This document shows positions 41,184 through 50,137 of a stretch of 64,000 nucleotides of DNA, piece after piece. Location: the NCBI GenBank assembly GCA_965223705.1, contig OZ245015.1, forward strand, positions 1,568,001 to 1,632,000. The letters run 5' to 3'. Positions within the stretch are counted from its first letter, which is position 1; each line of letters begins with the position of its first letter. The notes below the pieces were generated by a model. That model searched no databases. It worked only from the letters and a program-made list of their open reading frames with translations, and was not told the DNA's origin. This DNA is from Myxococcota bacterium. GTDB taxonomy: Bacteria; Myxococcota_A; UBA9160; UBA6930. Both the position numbers and the translations under genes were made by a program.

Positions 41184-41567
41184 ATGAAAGAACTCGACAT
41201 CGGCGAAGTGGCGCGACGCGTAGGGATCGCACCCTCGACGCTTCGGTACTACGAACGCGAGCGTCTGATCCCCGCGGCGCCGCGCCGCGGCGGCCGCCGA
41301 GTCTACGGCGAGGAAGTCCTCGATCGTTTGACGATCGTCCAGATGGCGAAAAGCGCGGGATTTACTTTGGCGGAGGTTCGCGAGCTGCTTTCTGGGGCGT
41401 CACCTGCGACGAGACCCGGGCGCCGTTGGCGCGCGTTCGCGCGCACGAAGCGGGCCGAACTCGAAGCGCGAATTGAGGAGGCGGAGCGGATGAGAGCGGT
41501 GCTCGAAGCGCTCGCGAGCTGTCGTTGCCGAACGTTTGAAGAATGTGCGGAGGCCGCTCGGACCTAG
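41184..41567 (+). CDS. MerR-family transcriptional regulator (SoxR-like)
   Basis: IGEVARR.G...STLRYYE, G.R.Y, AGFTL.E; C-terminal CRC....EC. Confidence 0.92.
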   Translation: MKELDIGEVARRVGIAPSTLRYYERERLIPAAPRRGGRRVYGEEVLDRLTIVQMAKSAGFTLAEVRELLSGASPATRPGRRWRAFARTKRAELEARIEEAERMRAVLEALASCRCRTFEECAEAART

Positions 41568-42577
41568 GCGCCTTCGGGCTCACGGCCGCACTGTGACTGC
41601 GCGTTCGTCGAAAGAATCCGGTGGAGCTCCGAGCCGATGACCTCGTAGCGGGCGGCGTTTCCATGCGGATCGTAGCCGAGGGTAAAGCGGTCGTTAAAGC
41701 GTCGCCTCCGCATCGTTTCGCTCAGTCCGTCAAGGCCGAACGCCGTGGGACCCAGCTCGTGAACCGAGGCCGACGACTTGTCCGTTGCGGAGACAAGCCG
41801 CTCACACAGATAGCGGTTGTTCGCGTCGCCGACACCGTTCGGGATATAGAAGACCAATCGCACGTCGGCCTTCTCGGCGCTCCCGATGGCGCCGCGCCAC
41901 GCGGACTCGAAATTTCTCCACATGGCCTCCGCAAGCGTTGTGTCGGAGAGCGATCGATGCGGGCGCCGAAAGAGCTGCCGTAGTGCATGCCGTTGCGCGA
42001 GCAATTTGTTCGCGACGAAGGACGCCGACGCGACGTAGGATTCGATCCGCTCTCGTCGCGGCTTGTTGACTCGTTCGGCCTCGAACTGCGCTTCGTCGGG
42101 CATAAAGAACACATGGTCCGAAACCGCGACACGGATCACCGCGTCGCGAACTCCGTCACGCGAGGCGACGCGCTCGAGCATGCGACGATGGTGCTCCGGA
42201 CCGTGGCCGCCGGTCCCCAGATTCCGAACCCAAACCGAATCTCCGAACCGGCGTTGCAGTACGCCCGAGACGGTTTCTTCCTCTCGCACGCCCGATCCGA
42301 AGACTTCCGAGCTTCCGATAATCGCGATATTCGGGACGTCTCTCTGGGGTTCGGCGCCGCGGAACCCCTGGGAGTTCGTCCTGACGGGCGGAGACTCTAC
42401 GCTGTGGTTGCCGAGAAACGTCACCACGCGTCGCTGGTTCGGTTGGTAGCGATGAAAGAATGTTTCATCGAACACGTACTCGAGCGCAACGGGCGCGAGC
42501 GGCGTCCTGAAGTAGGTCTCGGCGATTGCGACGAAGGCGACCGCGGCGATGGCGAAGAAGCGGATCAGGGCGAGCAT
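41564..42577 (-). CDS. SGNH-hydrolase-like protein (AlgJ/AlgX-type partner of MBOAT)
   Basis: N-terminal TM, NSQGFRG, IGSSEVFG (block I), NLG.GG (block II), D.H (DPHGN, block V). TGATG-coupled to the MBOAT gene. Confidence 0.7.
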   Translation of the reverse strand: MLALIRFFAIAAVAFVAIAETYFRTPLAPVALEYVFDETFFHRYQPNQRRVVTFLGNHSVESPPVRTNSQGFRGAEPQRDVPNIAIIGSSEVFGSGVREEETVSGVLQRRFGDSVWVRNLGTGGHGPEHHRRMLERVASRDGVRDAVIRVAVSDHVFFMPDEAQFEAERVNKPRRERIESYVASASFVANKLLAQRHALRQLFRRPHRSLSDTTLAEAMWRNFESAWRGAIGSAEKADVRLVFYIPNGVGDANNRYLCERLVSATDKSSASVHELGPTAFGLDGLSETMRRRRFNDRFTLGYDPHGNAARYEVIGSELHRILSTNAQSQCGREPEGA

Positions 42578-44004
42578 CAGAATTGAAAGTAAATGAATGC
42601 CGTCGCGTCCTGCACGCCCCAACGTAGAGCGGCAAACGCCAGTGCGGCCGTGAGGATCGGGGCCAGGATGGGGCGACGCGCGAGCGCGGCAAGTCGGCGA
42701 TCGTCTCGGCGCCACGCTTCGAGGAACACCAACGGCAAGCCGAAGCCCGCGATTTGAAGAGCCAACGGCCCGATATCGCCCGAGAACCATCCGTTCTGAT
42801 AGCTCCCCAAGAGCTCCAGAAGCTGGGCGCCACTGCGATCATCGGGTACGCCGTCGACGAGGACCGTCCGCGTGCTCCGAAAAATCGTCCAGCCCACCAG
42901 TGTGAAGTGGAACATCGCGAACCACGCGAAAGGTTTCGGTATACGCCACCCGAGTGAGCCGCTGAGTAAGCGGTGTCCGCAAAGTAATGCGCCGTGGTAG
43001 ATGCCCCACCACAGGAAATTCCACGCTGCGCCGTGCCACAGGCCGCCGAGCACCATCGTGATCATCAGGTTGCGATACGTCTTACGCGCGCCTCCCCGGT
43101 TCCCCCCGACGCCGATGTAGAGGTAGTCGCGCAACCACGTCGACAGGCTGATGTGCCATCGCCGCCAAAAATCCTGCGGGTTGAGAGCGGCGTACGGGTT
43201 CTTGAAATTCTCGATGAGCTCGATCCCGAGGCACTTCGCGCTGCCCCGAGCAATATCGGTGTAGGCGGAGAAGTCGGCGAGAATCTGAAACGCGAAGGCG
43301 AGGGTCGCTAAGTAGGTCTCCGCCACCGACAGCTCGGCCGAGCTCGCGTACAGCGGGTCGACGATCCCGGCCAGGTTGTCGGCGATGACGACTTTTTTGA
43401 CCAACCCGATCGCGATGAGCGACAGCCCGAGAACGAGTTGATCCTTCGTCGCGTCTTTCGCGACGCGCAGCTGCGGCAGTAGATTGCGGGCGCGCTCGAT
43501 CGGCCCCGCGACGAGTTGAGGAAAGAACGCGACGAACACCGCGAAGTTCAGCAAGCTCGAGTCGGGTTCCAGTTGCCGCCGGTAGATATCGATGGAATAC
43601 GAGAGGGTCTGAAAGGTGTAGAACGAGATCCCGACGGGAAGCACCACGTCGAGGAAGACGCGATCGAGCGGGAGACCGATATCCGACAGGAGGGTGTGGA
43701 GCCCGTCCGCGAAAAAGTTGAAGTACTTGAAGAAGCCGAGGATGGCGAGGTTCACGGTGATCGAGACCGCGAGCCATACGCGGCGCCGAGACTCCCTTTC
43801 CTCGGCATAGATCAAACGGCCAGCGACGAAGTCCGTCACGGTCGATAGCCAGATCAGACCGAGAAAGCGCCAATCCCAGGAACCGTAGAAGGTGTAGCTC
43901 GCGACGAGCAGCACAGCGTTCCGGTACGCAGCGCCGCCGCCGACCCGGTGCGCCGTCCAGACGAACACCAAGAAGAGGATGAACAGCCAAGAGTTGAACT
44001 GCAC
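42577..44004 (-). CDS. MBOAT O-acyltransferase (AlgI/DltB-like)
   Basis: MQFNS..F, LPVGISFYTFQ, FFPQLVAGPIER, DFS.Y.DIA, FWRRWHISLS.WLRDYLYI, GLWHGA. Confidence 0.93.
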   Translation of the reverse strand: MQFNSWLFILFLVFVWTAHRVGGGAAYRNAVLLVASYTFYGSWDWRFLGLIWLSTVTDFVAGRLIYAEERESRRRVWLAVSITVNLAILGFFKYFNFFADGLHTLLSDIGLPLDRVFLDVVLPVGISFYTFQTLSYSIDIYRRQLEPDSSLLNFAVFVAFFPQLVAGPIERARNLLPQLRVAKDATKDQLVLGLSLIAIGLVKKVVIADNLAGIVDPLYASSAELSVAETYLATLAFAFQILADFSAYTDIARGSAKCLGIELIENFKNPYAALNPQDFWRRWHISLSTWLRDYLYIGVGGNRGGARKTYRNLMITMVLGGLWHGAAWNFLWWGIYHGALLCGHRLLSGSLGWRIPKPFAWFAMFHFTLVGWTIFRSTRTVLVDGVPDDRSGAQLLELLGSYQNGWFSGDIGPLALQIAGFGLPLVFLEAWRRDDRRLAALARRPILAPILTAALAFAALRWGVQDATAFIYFQF

Positions 44005-44095
44005 CCGCGGAACCTAGCGACCTGCATTCGGGCGGAAAAGGCTGCAGCAAAGCGCAGCGGTGCGCGTCTGGTCGCGGACGCGATACGATGGCGCT

Positions 44096-44746
44096 GTGTT
44101 CTACGAACCCGACAACAAGGGAGCCCACGGACTCCCTCACGATCCATTCAAGTCCCTCGTCGTCCCCCGTCCGATCGGCTGGATCAGCACGCTCGATCGG
44201 GAAGGGGGCGTGAACCTCGCGCCGTACAGCTTCTTTAACGCTGTCTGCTATGACCCGTGCATTGTAATGTTCTCGGCGAGCGGGCTTCCCGACGACCCGC
44301 AGAAGCACTCCCGCCGAAACGCCGAAGAGACGGGCGAGTTCGTCTGTAACTTGGTGACGGAATCGCTCAAGGATCAGATGAACGAGACGTCCTCGCACGT
44401 CGCGCGCGGCGTCGACGAAATGGCGCTGGCGGGGCTGACACCCGAGCCTTCCAAGATTGTCAGGCCGCCCCGTGTTGCGGAATCGCCCGCCCATCTCGAA
44501 TGTCGCTATCTCAAGACCGTCGAATTCGAGAGCGATCTGCCCAACCAAAGCCATGGTGTCGTCTTCGGGCGGGTCGTCGGAGTTCACATCAAAGACGAGT
44601 ATCTCGACAACGGTTTCGTCGATATCCTGAAGATGCGGCCCATCGCCCGCATGGGTTATCGCGACTACACCGTCGTGAGCGAGATCTTCTCGATGCAGCC
44701 GCCCGACACGAAGACCGGAGCGCCACCGAAAAAGTCCGGCTTCTAG
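44096..44746 (+). CDS. Flavin reductase family protein (flavoredoxin/DIM6-NTAB)
   Basis: VPRPIGWIST, NLAPYSFFN, GEFV.N, V.ESP...EC, ARMG..DY. Start estimated. Confidence 0.9.
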   Translation: MFYEPDNKGAHGLPHDPFKSLVVPRPIGWISTLDREGGVNLAPYSFFNAVCYDPCIVMFSASGLPDDPQKHSRRNAEETGEFVCNLVTESLKDQMNETSSHVARGVDEMALAGLTPEPSKIVRPPRVAESPAHLECRYLKTVEFESDLPNQSHGVVFGRVVGVHIKDEYLDNGFVDILKMRPIARMGYRDYTVVSEIFSMQPPDTKTGAPPKKSGF

Positions 44747-44883
44747 TTGGCTTGTAAATCACCCACTGGGTAGAAAACCCTTCGACACATTTCGGTGTGC
44801 GTCGCCGATTTTGTGACCCACGGCGCAGAATCTGACCCGGGGCGCCGCCTAGTTTCCCTTCGCGATACGAAGGAGGGGCGCTG

Positions 44884-45909
44884 ATGGCGATCAACCTGCA
44901 GAGTCTCATTCAAGCCGAGCTCGGTCCCGACGTCGTCGGCCGACTCGCGAGCGCACTCGGTACGTCCGACGCCGCGGCGCAGGGCGCGTTGCGAACGATC
45001 GTGCCGACGATGGTCGGCGCACTGGTGAATCGCGGATCGACCCATGACGGAGCGAGTATTCTGCTGGCGACGCTGCGTCGCATCGATCCAGGTGTCCTCG
45101 ACGACGTCGCGGGGAAATTCCGAGAGAAGGACTTCACGGCGTTCAGCCGTCAAGGAAGTGACCTGTTGCCGGGAATGTTCGGGGCGAAGCTCGGGCCGGC
45201 TTTGGACGAGCTGACGGCTGTGACAGCGCTCGATAAACCGGCGCTCAGTCGCGTGCTCGGGGCGCTGGCTCCGATTGTTCTGGCGTACCTGCGGCAGGCG
45301 GTCGGCAGGGAGCAACTCGACGCGTTGGGCCTCGCGAACCTACTCGACGGTCAGCGACCGCATCTCGCGACGTCTTTGCCCCGTACGCTGGGCGATATCC
45401 TGGGCCTCGCCGTCGCGCCGCCGCGCACGCTGTCGGAGCCGACCCTCCGAGTGGAGGCACCACCGCCGCGGCGCCGATCCTTCGGTGGGTTCGCAACGGC
45501 GGCGATCGGACTGGTGTTGGTGGCCTTCGCATACGCCGCCATTCGAGACGCTCGTTCGGAGCCTGGGCTTCCCGACGTGGCAGCGGACGCGCCCGTTTCC
45601 GTTGTGGCGGGCTTCGAAGATACGATCGAAACGCTCCGCGGTGCGCTGGTTGCCGTCGAAGATGAGGCGTCCGCCAAAGAAGCCGTCCCCGCGCTCATTG
45701 CGGCGGAGGGCCAGATCGACAACCTGTCTCTAGGGCTCGGGGTGCTGCCCCATTCGGTTCGTTCGCAGCTCGCGGTTCGGGCGCGGAGCTTCGGGCCCAC
45801 CCTCGACGAGGAGGCGAGCCGAATCGACGAGATCCCGGCCGCTCGCGACCTGCTCTCGCCGCTCGCGAGCAAGATTGCGGACGGGCTCGAACGGATCGCC
45901 GATAGCTAG
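44884..45909 (+). CDS. DUF937 domain-containing membrane-anchored protein
   Basis: MAINL..LI...LG...V..LA..LG helical N-terminus, AP.VL..L, single TM helix. AAGGAGG RBS. Confidence 0.7.
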   Translation: MAINLQSLIQAELGPDVVGRLASALGTSDAAAQGALRTIVPTMVGALVNRGSTHDGASILLATLRRIDPGVLDDVAGKFREKDFTAFSRQGSDLLPGMFGAKLGPALDELTAVTALDKPALSRVLGALAPIVLAYLRQAVGREQLDALGLANLLDGQRPHLATSLPRTLGDILGLAVAPPRTLSEPTLRVEAPPPRRRSFGGFATAAIGLVLVAFAYAAIRDARSEPGLPDVAADAPVSVVAGFEDTIETLRGALVAVEDEASAKEAVPALIAAEGQIDNLSLGLGVLPHSVRSQLAVRARSFGPTLDEEASRIDEIPAARDLLSPLASKIADGLERIADS

Positions 45910-47159
45910 GCCTCGATATCGATGGGGTCCGCTGTCACGAGCCACGCGTAGATTCCGCCGCAGAACAAGCACAGAACCGCTGCCATGTAGAACGGCAAGG
46001 TAAAACTCTCGGTCGCATCGATGAGCCGGCCCGCGGCCAAGGGGCCGAACAGGCCGGCGAAGTTCGCGAATCCGTTCATCACGCCGATGATCGAGCCCAC
46101 GTGCTTCGGCGCGAGCTCGAGGGGGAGGGACCAGTAACCTCCCAAGGACGCGGAAAACAGGAAGTAGAAGATCCCGAACGAAGCGATGCTGGCGGTGATG
46201 GAGGGCAGGTTCACACCCAACACCAGGAACGGCGCTCCGAGGACCACCATTGCGCCCGGCACGCGAACGCGCGAGGTACGGGGCGTGTGGCCGCGCTTCA
46301 GCAGCTGGTCGGAGAGCCAGCCACCGGATTGAATGCCGAGAAAACCGGCGCCGATCGGAAGCATGCCGATGAGCCCCATCTGCATCGTCGACAGGCCGCG
46401 CTCCTCGGTGAGATACGTCGGAAACCAGAAGATGAAGAGCCAGGCGATGAAACCGTAGAGCGAGTAGCTCACACACAGCGCCGGAAGGGGCTTGCAGCGC
46501 AGGATCGAGAGCAACGAGATCTTGACCGCGTCCGTCTTCGGCGTGACGTGTGCCTCGATGAATTCGACTTCACTGTCCGAGATGCTCGGGTGCTCCCGAG
46601 GTGTGTCGCGCACGTAGAAGTACCAGGCGGCCACCCACAACATGCCGATGCCTGCGTTCAGGTAGAAGACCATCTCCCAACTCAGGTTCTCCACGATCCA
46701 GGCCGTGGTGGGGTAGGCGACGATCTGGCCGATAAATACCCCGGACAACAGCACCGCCTGAGCCCGCGCAAACTCGTCGCGCGGAATCCACCGGGAGTTG
46801 AGCGAGGCGAACGACGGAAAACTCATCGACTCGCAGGCGCCGACGAGGAAACGCAACGCGAGGAGCAGGACGAAGGCGCTCTGACCCAGCGGCGTGAGCG
46901 CCGTGAAGAGCGAGAAGCCGATGCAGGAGAGCGCGACAACCTTTCTCGCGCTCCAGCGATCGGCCAGCGCCCCGCCCGGGTACTGGAACAGCGCGTAGCC
47001 CAGCAGGAACAGCGAGAAGACCAAGCCGAAGTCGGTCTTGTTCCAACCCGTATCGGCCATGATCTCACCCGCTGCCACGGAGATATTGATCCGGTCGATG
47101 TAGTTGATGATGGTGCCGAGCAGGATGAGGCCCAGAATGCGTACGCGAGTCGGTATCAC
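45906..47159 (-). CDS. MFS transporter (anion:cation symporter-like)
   Basis: INY.DR.NISVA, G.LADRW..RK, RFL.G..E, W.P..E motifs; about 12 TM helices. Confidence 0.92.
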   Translation of the reverse strand: MIPTRVRILGLILLGTIINYIDRINISVAAGEIMADTGWNKTDFGLVFSLFLLGYALFQYPGGALADRWSARKVVALSCIGFSLFTALTPLGQSAFVLLLALRFLVGACESMSFPSFASLNSRWIPRDEFARAQAVLLSGVFIGQIVAYPTTAWIVENLSWEMVFYLNAGIGMLWVAAWYFYVRDTPREHPSISDSEVEFIEAHVTPKTDAVKISLLSILRCKPLPALCVSYSLYGFIAWLFIFWFPTYLTEERGLSTMQMGLIGMLPIGAGFLGIQSGGWLSDQLLKRGHTPRTSRVRVPGAMVVLGAPFLVLGVNLPSITASIASFGIFYFLFSASLGGYWSLPLELAPKHVGSIIGVMNGFANFAGLFGPLAAGRLIDATESFTLPFYMAAVLCLFCGGIYAWLVTADPIDIEA

Positions 47160-48178
47160 GGTTGTATCACCTCGTGGGCCAAGCGCTCATGCTTCGCTTC
47201 GCGGTCGGTTTCACCAAAGAAAGCCATCAACAAGTTTTCGGCGCCGGCGTCGCGAAGTTCCGCGATGCGCCGACGGAAGAAGTCCGGAGGCCCGCACAAG
47301 GTAAAGCGATCGGCCAAGTAGTCGGTCAGCCCGAGCTGGTCGACAATCTGGGCGTTGCGTCGGTGGGCACCGGCACTTTCGTGCTCGGAAAACACATACG
47401 CTTTCTGGAGGGCGCGAATCCGGTCCTTGTACTCGTCGGGGATGCGCTTTCCTTCGAGACTGAAGCGGAACGCGTGATTGGCGCTCGCCGTCAAGGTCAT
47501 GCGCGCTTCGTGCACGGCGCGTTCGCGATCGTCGTCGAGGTTCCACTTGACGAACCACCACACATCGATCGATTCGGGGTCCCGTCCTGCGCCGCGGGCT
47601 CCGGCGGCGATATGTTCGCGCGCGTCGCGAACGAGATCGGCCTGAAGACCCGTCCCGACCAGTACGCCATCGGCGTGGGCACCGGCGAGCTGCAACGTCT
47701 TCGGCCCTTCGGCCGTGAGATACACCGGGATTCTCCGCTCGGGCCAGGTGAGTCGCGCAATGTCCCCGCGATAAGTGGTCTCGCCGCGCACAAGAAGCTC
47801 TCGCACAGCGATCAAGTGTTCGCGCAACGCGCCGAGACGAGCGCCTTCGAGGCCGAGGTTGTAGACCGCGCTGTCTCCGGATCCCAAGTTCCACCACACG
47901 CGGCCCGGCGCGAGTTGTTCCAAGGATGCAATCGCGGACGCGGCGACAGCGGGATGACGCGTCAGGGGGTTCGTGACGGCGGGCCAGAGGGTCATCCGTT
48001 CGGTCGCCAGAGCGGCAACGGTGAGCTGGACATACATCTCGGGCCAAAGCGACTGACTGTCCGGCATCGCCAGGCCGCTAAAGCCCAGTTGCTCGAGCCT
48101 TGCGATCCGCCGTTGGAATGCCGCGAGGCCCGAGTCGCGTTCGAGGCTCGAATTGATCACGAGGGCTGCGAACTTCAT
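47156..48178 (-). CDS. LLM-class (luciferase-like) oxidoreductase, Mer-like
   Basis: D.Q...E, VTNP.TRHP.V.AS, G.GDS, GPK.L.LAG..ADG. Confidence 0.88.
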   Translation of the reverse strand: MKFAALVINSSLERDSGLAAFQRRIARLEQLGFSGLAMPDSQSLWPEMYVQLTVAALATERMTLWPAVTNPLTRHPAVAASAIASLEQLAPGRVWWNLGSGDSAVYNLGLEGARLGALREHLIAVRELLVRGETTYRGDIARLTWPERRIPVYLTAEGPKTLQLAGAHADGVLVGTGLQADLVRDAREHIAAGARGAGRDPESIDVWWFVKWNLDDDRERAVHEARMTLTASANHAFRFSLEGKRIPDEYKDRIRALQKAYVFSEHESAGAHRRNAQIVDQLGLTDYLADRFTLCGPPDFFRRRIAELRDAGAENLLMAFFGETDREAKHERLAHEVIQP

Positions 48179-48310
48179 GTTGGGACCGCGAGCTTAACCT
48201 GCGCGGCGTTCGAATTGGGAAAAGTCCGCGGCACCCGAAGGGCGTCCGGGGGGCCTGGCGCCTCACACCACAGTGGTACCCTCTGCGGTAACTCGCGTGG
48301 GAGGATCGCC

Positions 48311-48808
48311 ATGGCTCATGCAGGACACGACCAGGCTCACATCCCGGTCGCCAGCGACATCATGACCCGAGATCTCGTCACCCTGAGCCCGAAAACGCCG
48401 ATCGTCGACGCGATGAGGATATTGCTTCAAAGCAACATCTCCGGGGCGCCGGTGGTGGACGACGACGGTCAGCTCGTCGGCATGTGCTCCGAATACGATT
48501 GCCTCCGGGTACTTACGGCTGGCCAGTTCTATTCGGACGATCACCGCGAGGAAGGCGTCGTCGGCGACTACATGACGAAGAACTTCCGCACCGCCCTCGC
48601 TTCGGACGACATCTATTCCGTCGCCCAAGGCTTTTTGCAGAAGAAAGTCCGCCGGCTGCCGATCCTCGAAGACGGTGTCCTCGTCGGGCAGATCTCGCGC
48701 CGAGATGTCTTGCGGGCGATGCTCAAGTGGGGAGAGAGACGTGCGACGGAGCGTCGCTACCCCGACTATCGAGAGCCGGCCGGCGAAGCCGCAGCGCGTC
48801 GCTCTTAG
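48311..48808 (+). CDS. CBS domain pair protein
   Basis: DIMT, ISGAPVVD..G.LVG..SE.D, DYMT, RRLP....G.LVG.ISRRD. GGAGG RBS before ATG 48311. Confidence 0.9.
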   Translation: MAHAGHDQAHIPVASDIMTRDLVTLSPKTPIVDAMRILLQSNISGAPVVDDDGQLVGMCSEYDCLRVLTAGQFYSDDHREEGVVGDYMTKNFRTALASDDIYSVAQGFLQKKVRRLPILEDGVLVGQISRRDVLRAMLKWGERRATERRYPDYREPAGEAAARRS

Positions 48809-50078
48809 CGCCGTCGCCCTCGCGGTTTCGCTGCTGGCGGTGGCAGCCCAAGGGGCTGACGCGTGGGACGATGTCGGGCTACCGATCGCGCTGCTCGAAA
48901 AGCGCTTCGCCGGCGGCGCATGCCAAGCGAGTGAGCAGCACGAAGAGGCGTGCGTTCTGGCCCTCGAAGCGCTGGCCTCCCACCGAACACCACCTGCGCG
49001 AATCGACTGGAGCGCCGAACCACCTGCTCTCGAGCCCGCACCCGACGCCCCGGCGCTTCCGGCGTTTGAGGCCCGGGTCGCGCGAGAAGTTCGAGCGATC
49101 GAAGCGTACCGGGGGCGAGGCCTGGGCGTCGCGCCGAACTTCAAGCCCTTGTGGCAAGCACTGCGATCGGTCGCGGAAGCGCGTCCCGGAGGCCCGCGCG
49201 CTCTGGCGGATGCACTGCGTTCGTACCTGCGCCGCGTCGAGGACCCCCACACCGAGCTCGCGCCGTATCGCGCGGTTGAGAGATCGCTTCATCAGAACAA
49301 CGTCGACCCCGTTCGCTCGTTTCTCACGCGTGACCGGAATCGACCCGAGTCCGTCGCGTTCTCACGCCTCTACGAGCGCGGCTTTTCGCTGGGCTGGGTC
49401 GCGCTGCGCGATTTCGACGACGTCGCTTGCGGCAACGTGTCCTACGCCTTGAGCCGACTTCTGGCCGACGGTATTCAGGGCGTCTTGCTCGACTTGCGGG
49501 GCAACGGAGGCGGTGTGGCACGTGAGGCGGACTGCGTGCTCGACCTCTTCTTCGACAGGGGCGTCACCTTGTATCGACTCGAGCCGCTGCGCGAGGGCGG
49601 GCCGGCGCGGTCCTACACAACGCCCGGGCCCGCACTCACGGATCTGCCGCTCGTCGTGCTGATCGACGCGGGCACCGCGAGCGGCGCCGAGATCATCGCC
49701 GGTGTCGTCCAAGCACAAGGCCGAGGGCGAATCGTCGGTGAACGAAGTTTTGGGAAGGGCACGTATCAACGGGCGTCTCCCTGGTCCGAGCACGACGGCG
49801 TCGTCCTGTATCAGACCGTGGCTCGAATCGTCGTCGAGCCGGGATTCGAATTCCAGAATACGGGCGTGTTTCCGGACGTGGTTTGGGCGTCTTCGGGGCC
49901 GGTCCTCCGCGAGGCGACCGCGTACGTGAACCCGATCCCCCCGCGTTATCCGTCCGTGCCTACGCATCGCTTTTCGTGGGGGGATACCTGCCCCCGGGAG
50001 GCACCGAGGGCCGCGATCGAGCCTCGCGACGCCGCGCTGGCGCTATCTCGGCGCGTACTCCACTGCGAACTTCGATGA
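48741..50078 (+). CDS. S41 family (C-terminal processing) peptidase lacking PDZ domain; start uncertain
   Basis: Signal-like segment, DPHT, LDLRGNGGG, TASGAE (Ser), GERSFGKG (Lys), GV.PD. Confidence 0.8.
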   Translation: MRRSVATPTIESRPAKPQRVALSAVALAVSLLAVAAQGADAWDDVGLPIALLEKRFAGGACQASEQHEEACVLALEALASHRTPPARIDWSAEPPALEPAPDAPALPAFEARVAREVRAIEAYRGRGLGVAPNFKPLWQALRSVAEARPGGPRALADALRSYLRRVEDPHTELAPYRAVERSLHQNNVDPVRSFLTRDRNRPESVAFSRLYERGFSLGWVALRDFDDVACGNVSYALSRLLADGIQGVLLDLRGNGGGVAREADCVLDLFFDRGVTLYRLEPLREGGPARSYTTPGPALTDLPLVVLIDAGTASGAEIIAGVVQAQGRGRIVGERSFGKGTYQRASPWSEHDGVVLYQTVARIVVEPGFEFQNTGVFPDVVWASSGPVLREATAYVNPIPPRYPSVPTHRFSWGDTCPREAPRAAIEPRDAALALSRRVLHCELR

Positions 50079-50137
50079 ACGTCACGCCCGAGCCTCGATC
50101 GGGCTAGGATAAGGCAAAAGCCACGGAGGTTTCGCCG

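Noticed and set aside
44747..44880. Short hairpins (ACCCA-C-TGGGT, CACAT-TTCG-GTGTG) in the intergenic region before the DUF937 gene: possible riboswitch or sRNA
   Set aside because: The stems are short and match no riboswitch consensus I recognise. An Rfam covariance search would be needed.
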